A DNA stretch of 30,766 nt from the IMG/VR virus record IMGVR_UViG_3300043184_000212, positions 1 to 30,766 of that record, one strand, 5' to 3'. Below, piece after piece: positions 18,383 through 26,755 of the stretch. The stretch's first letter is position 1. Every line of letters starts with the position of its first letter. Under the pieces are notes generated by a model. The model searched no databases, was not told the DNA's origin, and was given only the letters and a program-made list of their open reading frames with translations. A program made the position numbers and the translations under genes. The stretch comes from a virus. Taxonomy: Duplodnaviria > Caudoviricetes.

Positions 18383-20488
18383 ATGATGCCCCAAAAAGCA
18401 GCTTTAAAAAAGAAAAACGACCAGCCAATTATTGTGCAGCAGTTGAATCAATTGAGCGTTGACAGAACGCCGAAAGATGTTGCCTCGTTCAGACATGCCC
18501 ACCGAATGGCGGAGCAGATAAATACGCCAAACAGAACGAGGCTATACGACCTGTACAGCGATGTGGAACTAGATACACACCTTAGTGGCTGTATTGAAAA
18601 GCGAACGAGTTCGGTTTTGAACAAAAGACTGGTCTTTAAAAAAGATGGCAAAGAGGTAGCCGAGGTGGCGGATTTGATTAAGAGTAACGAGTTTAGGGAG
18701 GTTATAAAGCTAATCATGGGCAGTCTATGGTGGGGTATTAAGGGAATTGAATTTATACCGGGCCCCGTGTTTGCTTTTGAGGAAATTCCGAACAAGCACA
18801 TTAGACCGGATAAGAAGCTGCTTGTGGTCAACCAAAGCGACCAGGAAGGCATACCATACGAGCCTATTAGTAACGTATGGATAATAGGCCAGCCAAAAAA
18901 TTTAGGATTATATTTAAAAGCAAGCTTCTACGCCCTGATAAAAAAAGGTAATGCCGCAGACTGGGCGGCATACAGTGAAATATTTGGACAACCTGTCATC
19001 ATTGCGAAATATGACGCATATGATGATAATGCCCGCCTGCAACTACAAGAGGTGATGCAAAATGCAGGGGGCAGTCTACGCCTGCAAATACCCAAACAGG
19101 CAGATTTTGATATTGTAGATGGTAAAAGTGCTAATGGAGATGGGCAGCTTCAAAACAGGCTGCATACAGCCTGTAATGATGAATTGAGTGTTCTAATACT
19201 AGGCAATACAGAGACAACCAGCAGTAGCCATGGGGGTAGCAATGCAAAGGCCAGGGAGCACAGTGAGCAGCAGGATGAGATCACCAAAAGCGACCTAGTC
19301 TTTGTTGAAAACACCCTGAACTCCGAGCGCTTTTTAAATATTTTGTATAGTTATGGCTATCCGATAACAGGGGGTCGTTTTAAAATTGAACTTGAAGCAA
19401 ATATTACCCACCTGGAAAAGCGTATAAGCATTGATGAGCGGTTGGCCAGATTAGTGCCTATAGATGACGACTATTTCTACAACACCTACAGTTTGCCTAA
19501 GCCGGCGAACTATGAAGCGATAAAAAAGAAACAGGAAGAAGTACCACCACGGCCAAGAATAGACAATACAACAAGCCATGGTGAAAATACCACAAAAAAC
19601 CTATCTGCCTTAGAAGCTCTTTTAAATACTGTTAAAAGCACCTTTAACCAACTTTCCGGATTTGTAAAAAACAAAAAAAAGGCCCTTCCGGCAGGTGTGC
19701 TTGTAAAAGACCTTACTAGCGCAATTGCTCAACTATATGGTAGTGCCGTGGCGGACTTGCCGGATCTGGTAGAAAATGAAGATACAGAGCTATTTAGGCT
19801 GTGCATGCTCATGCTAGAGCAGGTTTGGATAGATAAGGGGCTACCAGACGGAACAGTAGACAGTTCGGTTGTATCTGCTTTTGCCCAAAAACTATGGCAG
19901 GGCGTTACAGAAGGATATGGTCAGGATATTGGAAGCGTGGCCTATGATACACCAGACCACAATATGCTGACGGCTTTGCAAAAAAACACCTGGCAATTTG
20001 CCCAGGCCAAGAACTATACACAACTGCGCCAGCTAACTGATGCCCTCATTGATGAAAGGGGTGTACTGCGCAGCTTTGAAGAATTTAAAATAGCCGCCAT
20101 GCAAATCAATGCCAACCATATAGGGTGGCAGTTAGGAGCTGAATATAACCTGGCAGTGGCGGGCGGACAAATGGCGGGTAAATGGGTGGAAATACAAAAG
20201 AATAAAGCGGCCCTGCCGCTTCTGCGGTATGACGCAGTGTTGGATGGGCAGACCACGGGGTTGTGTAGAAGCTTGGACGGCGTAACCCTGCCTGTTGATC
20301 ATCCGTTTTGGAGCATCAGGTACCCGCCTAATCATTTTGGATGCCGCAGCAGCGTGAGACAGTTGGCCAGCGGTGTAGTAACGCCTGAAAATGAAATACC
20401 CGCTTTTGACACACCCAAAATGTTTGAAACGAATCTGGCTCAGCAGGGCCTGGTATTTCCAAAGAATCATCCCTATTTTGTCAGATAA
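18383..20488 (+). CDS. Portal protein (Mu gp29/DUF935) fused to MuF/SPP1 gp7 head morphogenesis domain
   Basis: N-part LYDLY..VELDTHL, WAAYSEIFGQP, ELSVLILGNTETT; C-part LRYDAVLDGQT..LC.SLDG..LPVDHPFW...YPPNHFGCRS. Confidence 0.88.
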   Translation: MMPQKAALKKKNDQPIIVQQLNQLSVDRTPKDVASFRHAHRMAEQINTPNRTRLYDLYSDVELDTHLSGCIEKRTSSVLNKRLVFKKDGKEVAEVADLIKSNEFREVIKLIMGSLWWGIKGIEFIPGPVFAFEEIPNKHIRPDKKLLVVNQSDQEGIPYEPISNVWIIGQPKNLGLYLKASFYALIKKGNAADWAAYSEIFGQPVIIAKYDAYDDNARLQLQEVMQNAGGSLRLQIPKQADFDIVDGKSANGDGQLQNRLHTACNDELSVLILGNTETTSSSHGGSNAKAREHSEQQDEITKSDLVFVENTLNSERFLNILYSYGYPITGGRFKIELEANITHLEKRISIDERLARLVPIDDDYFYNTYSLPKPANYEAIKKKQEEVPPRPRIDNTTSHGENTTKNLSALEALLNTVKSTFNQLSGFVKNKKKALPAGVLVKDLTSAIAQLYGSAVADLPDLVENEDTELFRLCMLMLEQVWIDKGLPDGTVDSSVVSAFAQKLWQGVTEGYGQDIGSVAYDTPDHNMLTALQKNTWQFAQAKNYTQLRQLTDALIDERGVLRSFEEFKIAAMQINANHIGWQLGAEYNLAVAGGQMAGKWVEIQKNKAALPLLRYDAVLDGQTTGLCRSLDGVTLPVDHPFWSIRYPPNHFGCRSSVRQLASGVVTPENEIPAFDTPKMFETNLAQQGLVFPKNHPYFVR

Positions 20489-21075
20489 TGGACAATGCTA
20501 ATGCACATTTACCCGTGAAGCTGCTGGAACAAAAGCTAAAAGGTGTTATGATACGTCTGCCTATTGTGGTGGGTAACGAGGCTATAAATTTTGCCTTAGA
20601 CAATTTTAGAAACCAGGGTTTTCTCGGAAATAGTTTTGTTAAGTGGCCAGCCAGAAAAAAAATAACACGGTGGGGTCAGCGTTTGAAAAGGCCCGGCAGG
20701 GCACTATTAGTGGATAGCGGCAGACTACGTAGGAGCCTGCGTATTGTTAGCCTTGACACCGGCACAGTGACAGTGGGTACTGATGTGCCATACGCTAGGG
20801 CTCATAACGAAGGCTCCAGGCTGGGGCTAATACAAACCGTACGGAGCCATAGCCGTAAGATAACAAAAGTGGGGGTAGTAAAAAAAACCACATTTAAAAA
20901 AAAGACCAATATTAAATGGGGAAGGGTGGACACCGGCGGAACCATTGTGGTCAAATCGTATAAACGCAGAATCAACCAACATATACCTGCCCGCAGATTT
21001 CTGGGCTACAGCCCTTACCTAACAGCGGCACTAAAGCGCGTTGTAAACCTGCAAATCATGAAGACTTTGCGTTAA
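20488..21075 (+). CDS. Virion morphogenesis protein (Mu gpG / P2 gpS-like)
   Basis: W.ARK, LVDSGRLRRSL, VGTDVPYARAHNEG, IPARRFLG. Confidence 0.85.
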   Translation: MDNANAHLPVKLLEQKLKGVMIRLPIVVGNEAINFALDNFRNQGFLGNSFVKWPARKKITRWGQRLKRPGRALLVDSGRLRRSLRIVSLDTGTVTVGTDVPYARAHNEGSRLGLIQTVRSHSRKITKVGVVKKTTFKKKTNIKWGRVDTGGTIVVKSYKRRINQHIPARRFLGYSPYLTAALKRVVNLQIMKTLR

Positions 21076-21085
21076 AATCACACAC

Positions 21086-21604
21086 ATGGCATTAACAAGT
21101 ATTTACGGCCAGCTTTTAATGGCCTTGCAGAACAGGATTACAACGGCGGTACCTGATGTAAAATGGGTAGACCAAGACCTGGGTCAATTAGATATTGAGG
21201 GGGAAAGGCCAGCGGTGCTATTTCCGTGCGTATTGATTGATTTTAGCAGCAGCCAGTACAGCGATTTGCTAAATAATGTGCAGCGGGCAGATAGCTGCAC
21301 CGTGCAGCTGCGTCTGGGCTTTGCACCGTATAGCCCCAGCCAGGCCGGTGCACCGGAATCTGTGAGAGAGCAGTCCCTAGGCTATTATGAGGTAGAAAAA
21401 AGGGTTTATCAGGCGCTACAGGGCTGGGCGCCCGAATCTGGTATATGTGACGTGCTTACACGCACCACTGATGGCAGTGAACTGCGTGAGGATACGTTGA
21501 GGGTGCGTCGTATGTTGTTCACTACAACCTTTGACGACCACAGCGCTAATGAACTTAAGGACATTTTAACTCCTACACTGGATATAGGGTTCCCTGATGT
21601 TTAA
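21086..21604 (+). CDS. Tail terminator-like protein (Mu gp37-like)
   Basis: VKWVDQDLGQL...PAVLFPCVLIDF, VYQALQGW; follows gpG-like gene. Confidence 0.65.
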   Translation: MALTSIYGQLLMALQNRITTAVPDVKWVDQDLGQLDIEGERPAVLFPCVLIDFSSSQYSDLLNNVQRADSCTVQLRLGFAPYSPSQAGAPESVREQSLGYYEVEKRVYQALQGWAPESGICDVLTRTTDGSELREDTLRVRRMLFTTTFDDHSANELKDILTPTLDIGFPDV

Positions 21605-21629
21605 TGTGATATTGGACTTGGCATGAACG

Positions 21630-21980
21630 CTACCAGACAATATGTGGCCAACGGGCCCGTAGTTGCTGAATGGAGGGCTTGTCTTTTTTTATTCTAAGGA
21701 TTTCGTCAGATTCTCGAGTGATAATTTTTTGAATCATGACCCGGCTTAAAAAAACCTCTGGCTCTAGGTCTTTTAAAACGCTGGCATAGCTACGCGGCTG
21801 CGTCGACTGCACAAGCCGTATTTTGTAATAGAATCTGTGTAGTAAGAACTCGTTTCTACGGCGTATCAATTCTTCACTTCGGCCGGGGCGGCCTCTTTTT
21901 AATGGGGTGGTGGGTACGGTGGCGGCATCATCGCCAAATAGAATTGAATTAAAAATTTTTACCCCTCGCTGTGGCTGCAT
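21630..21980 (-). CDS. Putative late/middle transcription activator (Mor/C-like)
   Basis: Basic; RRRNEFLLHRFY...VLKDL..EVFLSRVMIQKII resembles the Mor C-terminal RN...LS.R.I.KI HTH; located at early/late boundary. Confidence 0.5.
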   Translation of the reverse strand: MQPQRGVKIFNSILFGDDAATVPTTPLKRGRPGRSEELIRRRNEFLLHRFYYKIRLVQSTQPRSYASVLKDLEPEVFLSRVMIQKIITRESDEILRIKKDKPSIQQLRARWPHIVW

Positions 21981-22154
21981 AGGTTAAAGATACTATGCCA
22001 TCAATAACATCATGATATATGTGTTATAAAAGTTGTTAACAATTTGTGTCCGGAACTAATAGGGCTGCTTAGTGGTTTAAGTAAATAGTTACACATTTTG
22101 ATTAAATTAGCTTACTGTGCATCGTTATCTTTACCGACTCTAGCCTGTTGGCGG

Positions 22155-22421
22155 CTATGCCTTGACAACCGCCTTACCATTAGCCTTTGCAACGTGAGCA
22201 ATAATTTTCTTATGAAGTTTCGGTAGAATTTTATCTACCATACGATCAGTAATCAATCCACTACCTAAACGCAATGTGTTTACCGCTTCACGTTCTGCCT
22301 CAAATTGTGCTATTTTCTTTTTGTCACACTTTAATCCTTGCTTATCAAGTTGTTTGTCTAATGGGTCGGACAAAACCCCGTAATCTAGTCCTACCGTTTG
22401 ATTTGTCCTTCACTTCCCCAT
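22155..22421 (-). pseudogene. Hypothetical protein remnant
   Basis: 72-aa ORF extends in frame to ATG 22421 (MGK*RTNQTVGLDYGVLSDPLDKQL) through a TGA at 22410-22412. Confidence 0.4.
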
Positions 22422-22525
22422 TGGTCTTGTTTAAATACCATTTCTTTAGTGTCTAACCTAAATTCACTCCGAATTTCACTCCACTCTTTCGGGTCTTTAA
22501 ACCTCGCCACATCAATAAAGGCGTT

Positions 22526-23085
22526 TTACATCCTATCTGGAAACTTACTGTGTGTGTTGGGGTAGGCAATAACGTAAATTCGTTCTCTAGGGTGTCTAAA
22601 TCCAAGTGTTGTTACTGATAAACATTGCCATTCTGCATCATACCCGATTTCGGAAAGGTCGCATAAAACTTGTTCAAACCCTCGAAAAGCGAGGTTTGGG
22701 CTGTTTTCAATGATGATGTAGTCGGGTCTAACTTCCCCCACAATCCTATACATTTCACCCCATAATCCTGAACGGTGTCCTTTAATTTCTTTGGCTTTTG
22801 TGTTTGCCCCCGAAATATCTTGGCAAGGAAAACCACCGCTGATGATGTTGACTTTTCGGGGATTTGTAAGTGTTCTGATGTCGTCATATTGTTCTGTATT
22901 TTGAAATCTGTGTTTTAAAAGTTTTCTATTCCATTCGTTTATATCGCAGTTCTAATAGGTAGGCATTGCTGCCCATTCTGCCCCAGTTCAAATCCTCCTA
23001 TTCCGGAGAATAAACTACCGTGTGATAGTTCTGCAAAGCCGTTTTTGCCATTGCACAAAAAATTATTAAAAAATGTTTCGTTCAT
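22526..23085 (-). pseudogene. DNA (cytosine-5) methyltransferase pseudogene
   Basis: Motif I LFSGIGG, IV GGFPCQD, VI IENS, VIII HPRERIY; frameshift at G4 run 22981-22984, TAG at 22952-22954, truncated before TRD/IX/X. Confidence 0.9.
22612..22887 (-). CDS. Overlapping +1-frame ORF inside C5 methyltransferase (possible beta-subunit remnant)
   Basis: 91 open codons across motifs IV-VIII; KLDPTTSSLKTAQTSLF...TFPKSGMMQNG resembles alternative-frame products I recall in phage C5 MTases. Confidence 0.45.
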   Translation of the reverse strand: MTTSEHLQIPEKSTSSAVVFLAKIFRGQTQKPKKLKDTVQDYGVKCIGLWGKLDPTTSSLKTAQTSLFEGLNKFYATFPKSGMMQNGNVYQ

Positions 23086-23132
23086 CTATTGAGCTTTATC
23101 CTAAATTGACCGTGCCAGCCTATAACATTAAG

Positions 23133-23219
23133 CCGTATAGATAAAAGCCCTCAATAAATCAATATTCGAAAAAAAATAGCAAGCCCAAAGTTATGAACTC
23201 TGGGCTTTTAGCTATACGG
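23133..23219. repeat. 18-bp inverted repeat (17/18) overlapping the terminator
   Basis: ccgtatagataaaagccc (23133-23150) vs gggcttttagctatacgg (23202-23219). Confidence 0.85.
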
Positions 23220-23495
23220 TGTTCAACAAGGCATTGCCAAAAAAGGGGGTGATGTGATTTATTGAGCTTCATTTTTCTAATCAACTTTAGTGGGTAATCC
23301 GAGCTTTGGAGTTTCAAAGCCTTTTCTTCAGCAATGCCCGGGGCCGTACGGTATTTACTTAATACCATTAATAGGCCGCTTATGGCGCAGATTGTATGAG
23401 AGAAAAAATAAAGCACAAAAGAAGCCAATGAGCCGTTCGTGTCTCAAAAATGCTACAATCAGACAGGGTGTGATCTAAAGAAAAATGATACCCAT
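23159..23495 (-). pseudogene. Small membrane protein pseudogene (3' boundary uncertain)
   Basis: ATG 23495 next to gemA-like stop: MGIIFL*ITPCLIVAFLRHERLIGFFCALFF, then frame change into ...ICAISGLLMVLSK; TAG at 23475-23477. Confidence 0.5.
23169..23215 (-). terminator. Intrinsic terminator closing the early operon
   Basis: Minus RNA ATAGC(TAA)AAGCCCAGAGTT-CAT-AACTTTGGGCTTGCTAT followed by T run (A8 at 23169-23176). Confidence 0.7.
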
Positions 23496-23496
23496 A

Positions 23497-23901
23497 TCAG
23501 AAGTTTTTTATAAAAGTTTTATAAACTTTTTCGAATTGACTAACTAAAGTAGGAAGTTCTGACAGGGTGTATTGATTGAGCGTTTTGTGCAAGTATGAAT
23601 ATTTAATCATCCATCGGTCAACCAGCGCCATATCAACAACTCTATGACCGCCGCTCGCTGTTTTTGTTATGCCCATTTGATGAGCGTAATAAAATATTTT
23701 CTTTCGCATTTTATCGGCCATTATTTCGTCGGGGTCTTGCCCTTTTAGCCACCTGATCAAATCTGAGGCTTCTCGTGCTGTGAGCCGGCTGCAGGAGTCT
23801 GTTCTGCCACCGCTAATGCCTAGGACAATACTTGCCTTATTCTGCATAAGATGCAGCTTATGGAGCAGTGCATGAATGGCTTTATTTTGAGCTGTATTCA
23901 T
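23497..23901 (-). CDS. GemA / Mu gp16 (DUF1018)-like protein
   Basis: AQNKAIHALL, GRTDSCSRLT..EA..LI..L, RKKI, L..LVSQFE pattern; end of early operon. Confidence 0.65.
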   Translation of the reverse strand: MNTAQNKAIHALLHKLHLMQNKASIVLGISGGRTDSCSRLTAREASDLIRWLKGQDPDEIMADKMRKKIFYYAHQMGITKTASGGHRVVDMALVDRWMIKYSYLHKTLNQYTLSELPTLVSQFEKVYKTFIKNF

Positions 23902-24310
23902 TGTTGAAGTATTCTTGTTTCAAATAGGTGTCTGCGTCTGCCTTTTTTCGCCAGTTTTCTTTGGCCAAATACCTATTGTACTTGTTAATGCTGTGATAGG
24001 CTAGTATTCTGTTGGTTTTGGACATTTTAATCCAGATATCAGCGGCTCTTTTTTTATTAATCTTTAATCCGTAGGCATTCCAGAATTGCTCGAAACTTAC
24101 TTCATAATCTCGTTCTATAATGTGTATTGGCAGATCATTTAAAGTTTCAAGTTTGTCTACGTGCAGAGGAAGGCGACTAAGAAGTACCTGGCGCTGATTC
24201 AGCGTCATGGTTGTTTCCTGCAAATCAACGGAGGCCAAGAGGCCGTTTGTGTCGTATATGATGGTGGCCTGGCCTGTATAGCGGTATGAGGTGATGATAA
24301 ACTGGCGCAT
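23882..24310 (-). CDS. Hypothetical protein with phage replication-initiator-like C-terminal motif
   Basis: FEQFWNAYGLKINKKRA..IW...ADTYLKQEYF. Confidence 0.55.
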   Translation of the reverse strand: MRQFIITSYRYTGQATIIYDTNGLLASVDLQETTMTLNQRQVLLSRLPLHVDKLETLNDLPIHIIERDYEVSFEQFWNAYGLKINKKRAADIWIKMSKTNRILAYHSINKYNRYLAKENWRKKADADTYLKQEYFNNEYSSK

Positions 24311-24350
24311 TTTATATAAATTAATAATTATTCATTGGTTTTGCGGTGTG

Positions 24351-24374
24351 TGCGATTTGTTGTGAAAAATCGCA
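24351..24374. other. Intergenic 8-bp stem-loop
   Basis: tgcgattt...aaatcgca; no U-tract. Confidence 0.35.
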
Positions 24375-24377
24375 TAA

Positions 24378-25121
24378 TCATTTCTTTTGTCCGGGCCAGT
24401 ATCGACCCTCTGTGACTTGTTTAAATTTCTTTCCCCAAAGCTGCCTTGCCCGTTCCTCCCAAATTACCAGGGGCGTATTTCCACCATAGCGGCTTTCTAC
24501 CCTTGCAACAAAATTGACTACCTCTACCTTTATGTCGCAATCGTGTCGTATGAATTTGGTCAGGTCATTCTTCACCCAATGACTTACAAACAGAAGGCTT
24601 TTTCCTTTTTTGTTGTTGCAAAAACGGTCTGTCAAGTCTATATATGTGCGTTTGGTAATTTCAGCATGCTGTACGCTATCTATTACGGCGAAAGCGGCGC
24701 TGTTTCGCCTATTCAGCCTATCGGTGAGCGTTTCGTGACTATCACTAACAATGGGTGCTTTAAATAGCCTAAAGCGTCCGTCTGTTTCTGTAAGATTAAA
24801 CATTCTAAGTTTTTGCACCACCGTTTCGCTATCGCCACCGGCTTCTTCAAAGTTATTATAATCTACGACGCCAAATCGGGTCAGATAGGCGCACAAATCA
24901 AAGAGCAGCGAGCTTTTGCCAGCAAATGAAGGGCCGGTAAAGAACCATTTGGCATGCGTTTCAGGGCATCCAAAAGCTTTTTTAAACCGGTCTTCAAATG
25001 TGTATATTTTCCTTTTTTTGCCAACTAATTGAGATGGTGAATAGGCCCTTATTTTTATTTTTTTAGCCGCGCCCTCATTTTTAAAGGGCTTTTTTTTGTC
25101 ATATATCTGTATATCAATCAC
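24378..25121 (-). CDS. RecA-fold (Sms/RadA-like) P-loop ATPase; start uncertain
   Basis: Walker A GPSFAGKS, FEE, Walker B AVIDS, FVSH, HDCDIKVEV, SRYG. Confidence 0.75.
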   Translation of the reverse strand: MIDIQIYDKKKPFKNEGAAKKIKIRAYSPSQLVGKKRKIYTFEDRFKKAFGCPETHAKWFFTGPSFAGKSSLLFDLCAYLTRFGVVDYNNFEEAGGDSETVVQKLRMFNLTETDGRFRLFKAPIVSDSHETLTDRLNRRNSAAFAVIDSVQHAEITKRTYIDLTDRFCNNKKGKSLLFVSHWVKNDLTKFIRHDCDIKVEVVNFVARVESRYGGNTPLVIWEERARQLWGKKFKQVTEGRYWPGQKK

Positions 25122-25250
25122 TTATGTTCTTTTTTTTGCATTTTCGACCCCTTTTAGACACAGTTTTTTGCATTTTTGACATTTTTTGGGGTCGTTTTAT
25201 TGTTGTCTAACCCCATTGTAAGGGCTGTTTGGCTTGTTTTTTCTAATTTC

Positions 25251-25571
25251 TCAACCAAACCTTTTTACAATATCTCTGCTCGGTTCGTACAGGTAAATGG
25301 GTATATCGAGCATTTCAGCCAGTATCCGTTCAACTGTGGCACCCCTGCTATTTAAATAATTTGGCAGCAAAACAATAGCGTCTGCACGCATTAGAGCGGA
25401 TATACAAATTTTCATAGCCCGTTGCCACTCACAGCCGGGATCATTAACTTCTGTGAGTGGATTAATGGCCTGATGGCCCTGTGCTTCTATGGCCCTTTGT
25501 GCTAATGCAAAGTTGGCGGCACATGCGGCTGGCGGTTCGCCAGTAACTTTTCCGCAGATATACATAATCAT
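25251..25571 (-). CDS. DUF4406 protein (nucleoside deoxyribosyltransferase-like fold)
   Basis: YICGKVTG, NF, INP, W..AM..C...L..ADAIVLLP....SRGATVE. Confidence 0.85.
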   Translation of the reverse strand: MIMYICGKVTGEPPAACAANFALAQRAIEAQGHQAINPLTEVNDPGCEWQRAMKICISALMRADAIVLLPNYLNSRGATVERILAEMLDIPIYLYEPSRDIVKRFG

Positions 25572-25572
25572 G

Positions 25573-26226
25573 TTAAAAATTTGAAAAATTAAGGTTTACT
25601 GCTTGGTATACGCCATCTTGTTTTCTAAAAGAAACGCTCATATAAATTTTGCTTCTATCATACCCTTGTGCTTGAATCAGCAGGTCGCAGGCGGCTTGAA
25701 AATCTTTATTTTTAATCTTATCACGATGTTTGATTATCTGGAATATTTTTCGGGCATCCACTTGTTTTTTTCTGTTGCTAAGGGCATCTGCAACAAGCCG
25801 CCGTATCAGGTCATTCACATCCCCCATGCTTTTGCCGAGAAAAATGTTAATTAGGTCCATGGCTTCTGTGAGCATAGACTCATTCCACTTTATTAGGTCA
25901 CTAGACTTGGCTTCTATTTTGACGGATTTGTCAAAATTAAACCAGGTGAGGGACTTCTGCTTTAAAGGGGGTTTCTTTTTAGAATCCATTTCTTGATTGA
26001 TTAATGCCCTTACCTCTTCAAAGCACTCTGACATTAAGACATGTAGGTCTAGTAGTGTTTTTTCGGCATGCAATGCAGACTTTAACACTTTTGCAGAAAG
26101 CAGCTCAAAACTTCTTTCTGCATTTGTAACGAACCTGGCGGGTATTTGTAGGCCGGCTGCATCTTTCCATACCCGGTCGGTCTTTTTGTGAAAATGGGCT
26201 GCAGAGTTTTTATTGTTTTCGCTCAT
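25573..26226 (-). CDS. DUF3164 family protein
   Basis: WKDAAG..IP start, NFDKSVKIE, C-terminal SKIYM...RKQDGVYQAVNLNFS; typical Mu-like early gene. Confidence 0.75.
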   Translation of the reverse strand: MSENNKNSAAHFHKKTDRVWKDAAGLQIPARFVTNAERSFELLSAKVLKSALHAEKTLLDLHVLMSECFEEVRALINQEMDSKKKPPLKQKSLTWFNFDKSVKIEAKSSDLIKWNESMLTEAMDLINIFLGKSMGDVNDLIRRLVADALSNRKKQVDARKIFQIIKHRDKIKNKDFQAACDLLIQAQGYDRSKIYMSVSFRKQDGVYQAVNLNFSNF

Positions 26227-26237
26227 TTTTTTTTTGT

Positions 26238-26435
26238 TTAATTGTTATTGAATGATTTTTTTTTAAGGAGCACACGGGGTGCACGAATAGCCTTGCGTTG
26301 TTCTCTATGTTTGGCCATTCGTCTTTTGTCGATTTTATTAATAAGATGGCAAACGAAAAAAAGTGTTGTTATTATGAAGCAGGCGCTCACTATTAGTATT
26401 ACATATGGCCTTGCTGTTTCGGTTAAATACATCAT
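26238..26435 (-). CDS. Small single-TM hypothetical protein with basic tail
   Basis: YVILIVSACFIITTLFFVC then K/R-rich; overlap with upstream gene. Confidence 0.55.
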   Translation of the reverse strand: MMYLTETARPYVILIVSACFIITTLFFVCHLINKIDKRRMAKHREQRKAIRAPRVLLKKKSFNNN

Positions 26436-26755
26436 AGTTTCGGTAGTTGAAGTTTTTGAAAAATATTATTACGGAGTTGTGCAATCAGGTTATTGACATA
26501 TATATTGGAATGGGATACATCTGCAAACAAAATGAAGAAGGCGATGGCCTCGTGTGGCTCTATGCTTATGAAATATTGTGCTTTTTTAAAAAGGGTTCTT
26601 TTTTTGAAAATCTTATTATATAGAGAGAGAAGGCAGTGAGCCACCAGAGCTTTCTGGCAGATGTGGCTGGGCAGTAGCTTGTATATTATCTCAATACGCT
26701 CTTCTATGGCAGCCAGGAGTGTTTCGAATTCAGTATGGTTTAATTTTATCTTCAT
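26432..26755 (-). CDS. Hypothetical protein
   Basis: Coupled ORF in early operon. Confidence 0.65.
   Translation of the reverse strand: MKIKLNHTEFETLLAAIEERIEIIYKLLPSHICQKALVAHCLLSLYNKIFKKRTLFKKAQYFISIEPHEAIAFFILFADVSHSNIYVNNLIAQLRNNIFQKLQLPKL

Noticed and set aside
21981-22145. TTGTTAACAA palindrome and TATCTTTA boxes as DnaA sites or promoter
   Set aside because: AT-rich with only partial consensus matches; a promoter is plausible but not placeable
22952-23477. Two in-frame TAGs suggesting amber recoding
   Set aside because: Both sit where Trp fits (TGG>TAG), come with frameshifts, and TAG is used as a normal stop elsewhere (10258, 21630)
25122-25250. Short direct repeat (ttttttgcatttt.gac) and cgacccc/ggggtcg inverted pair
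   Set aside because: Low-complexity, only two copies, long loop; insufficient for an origin or operator call
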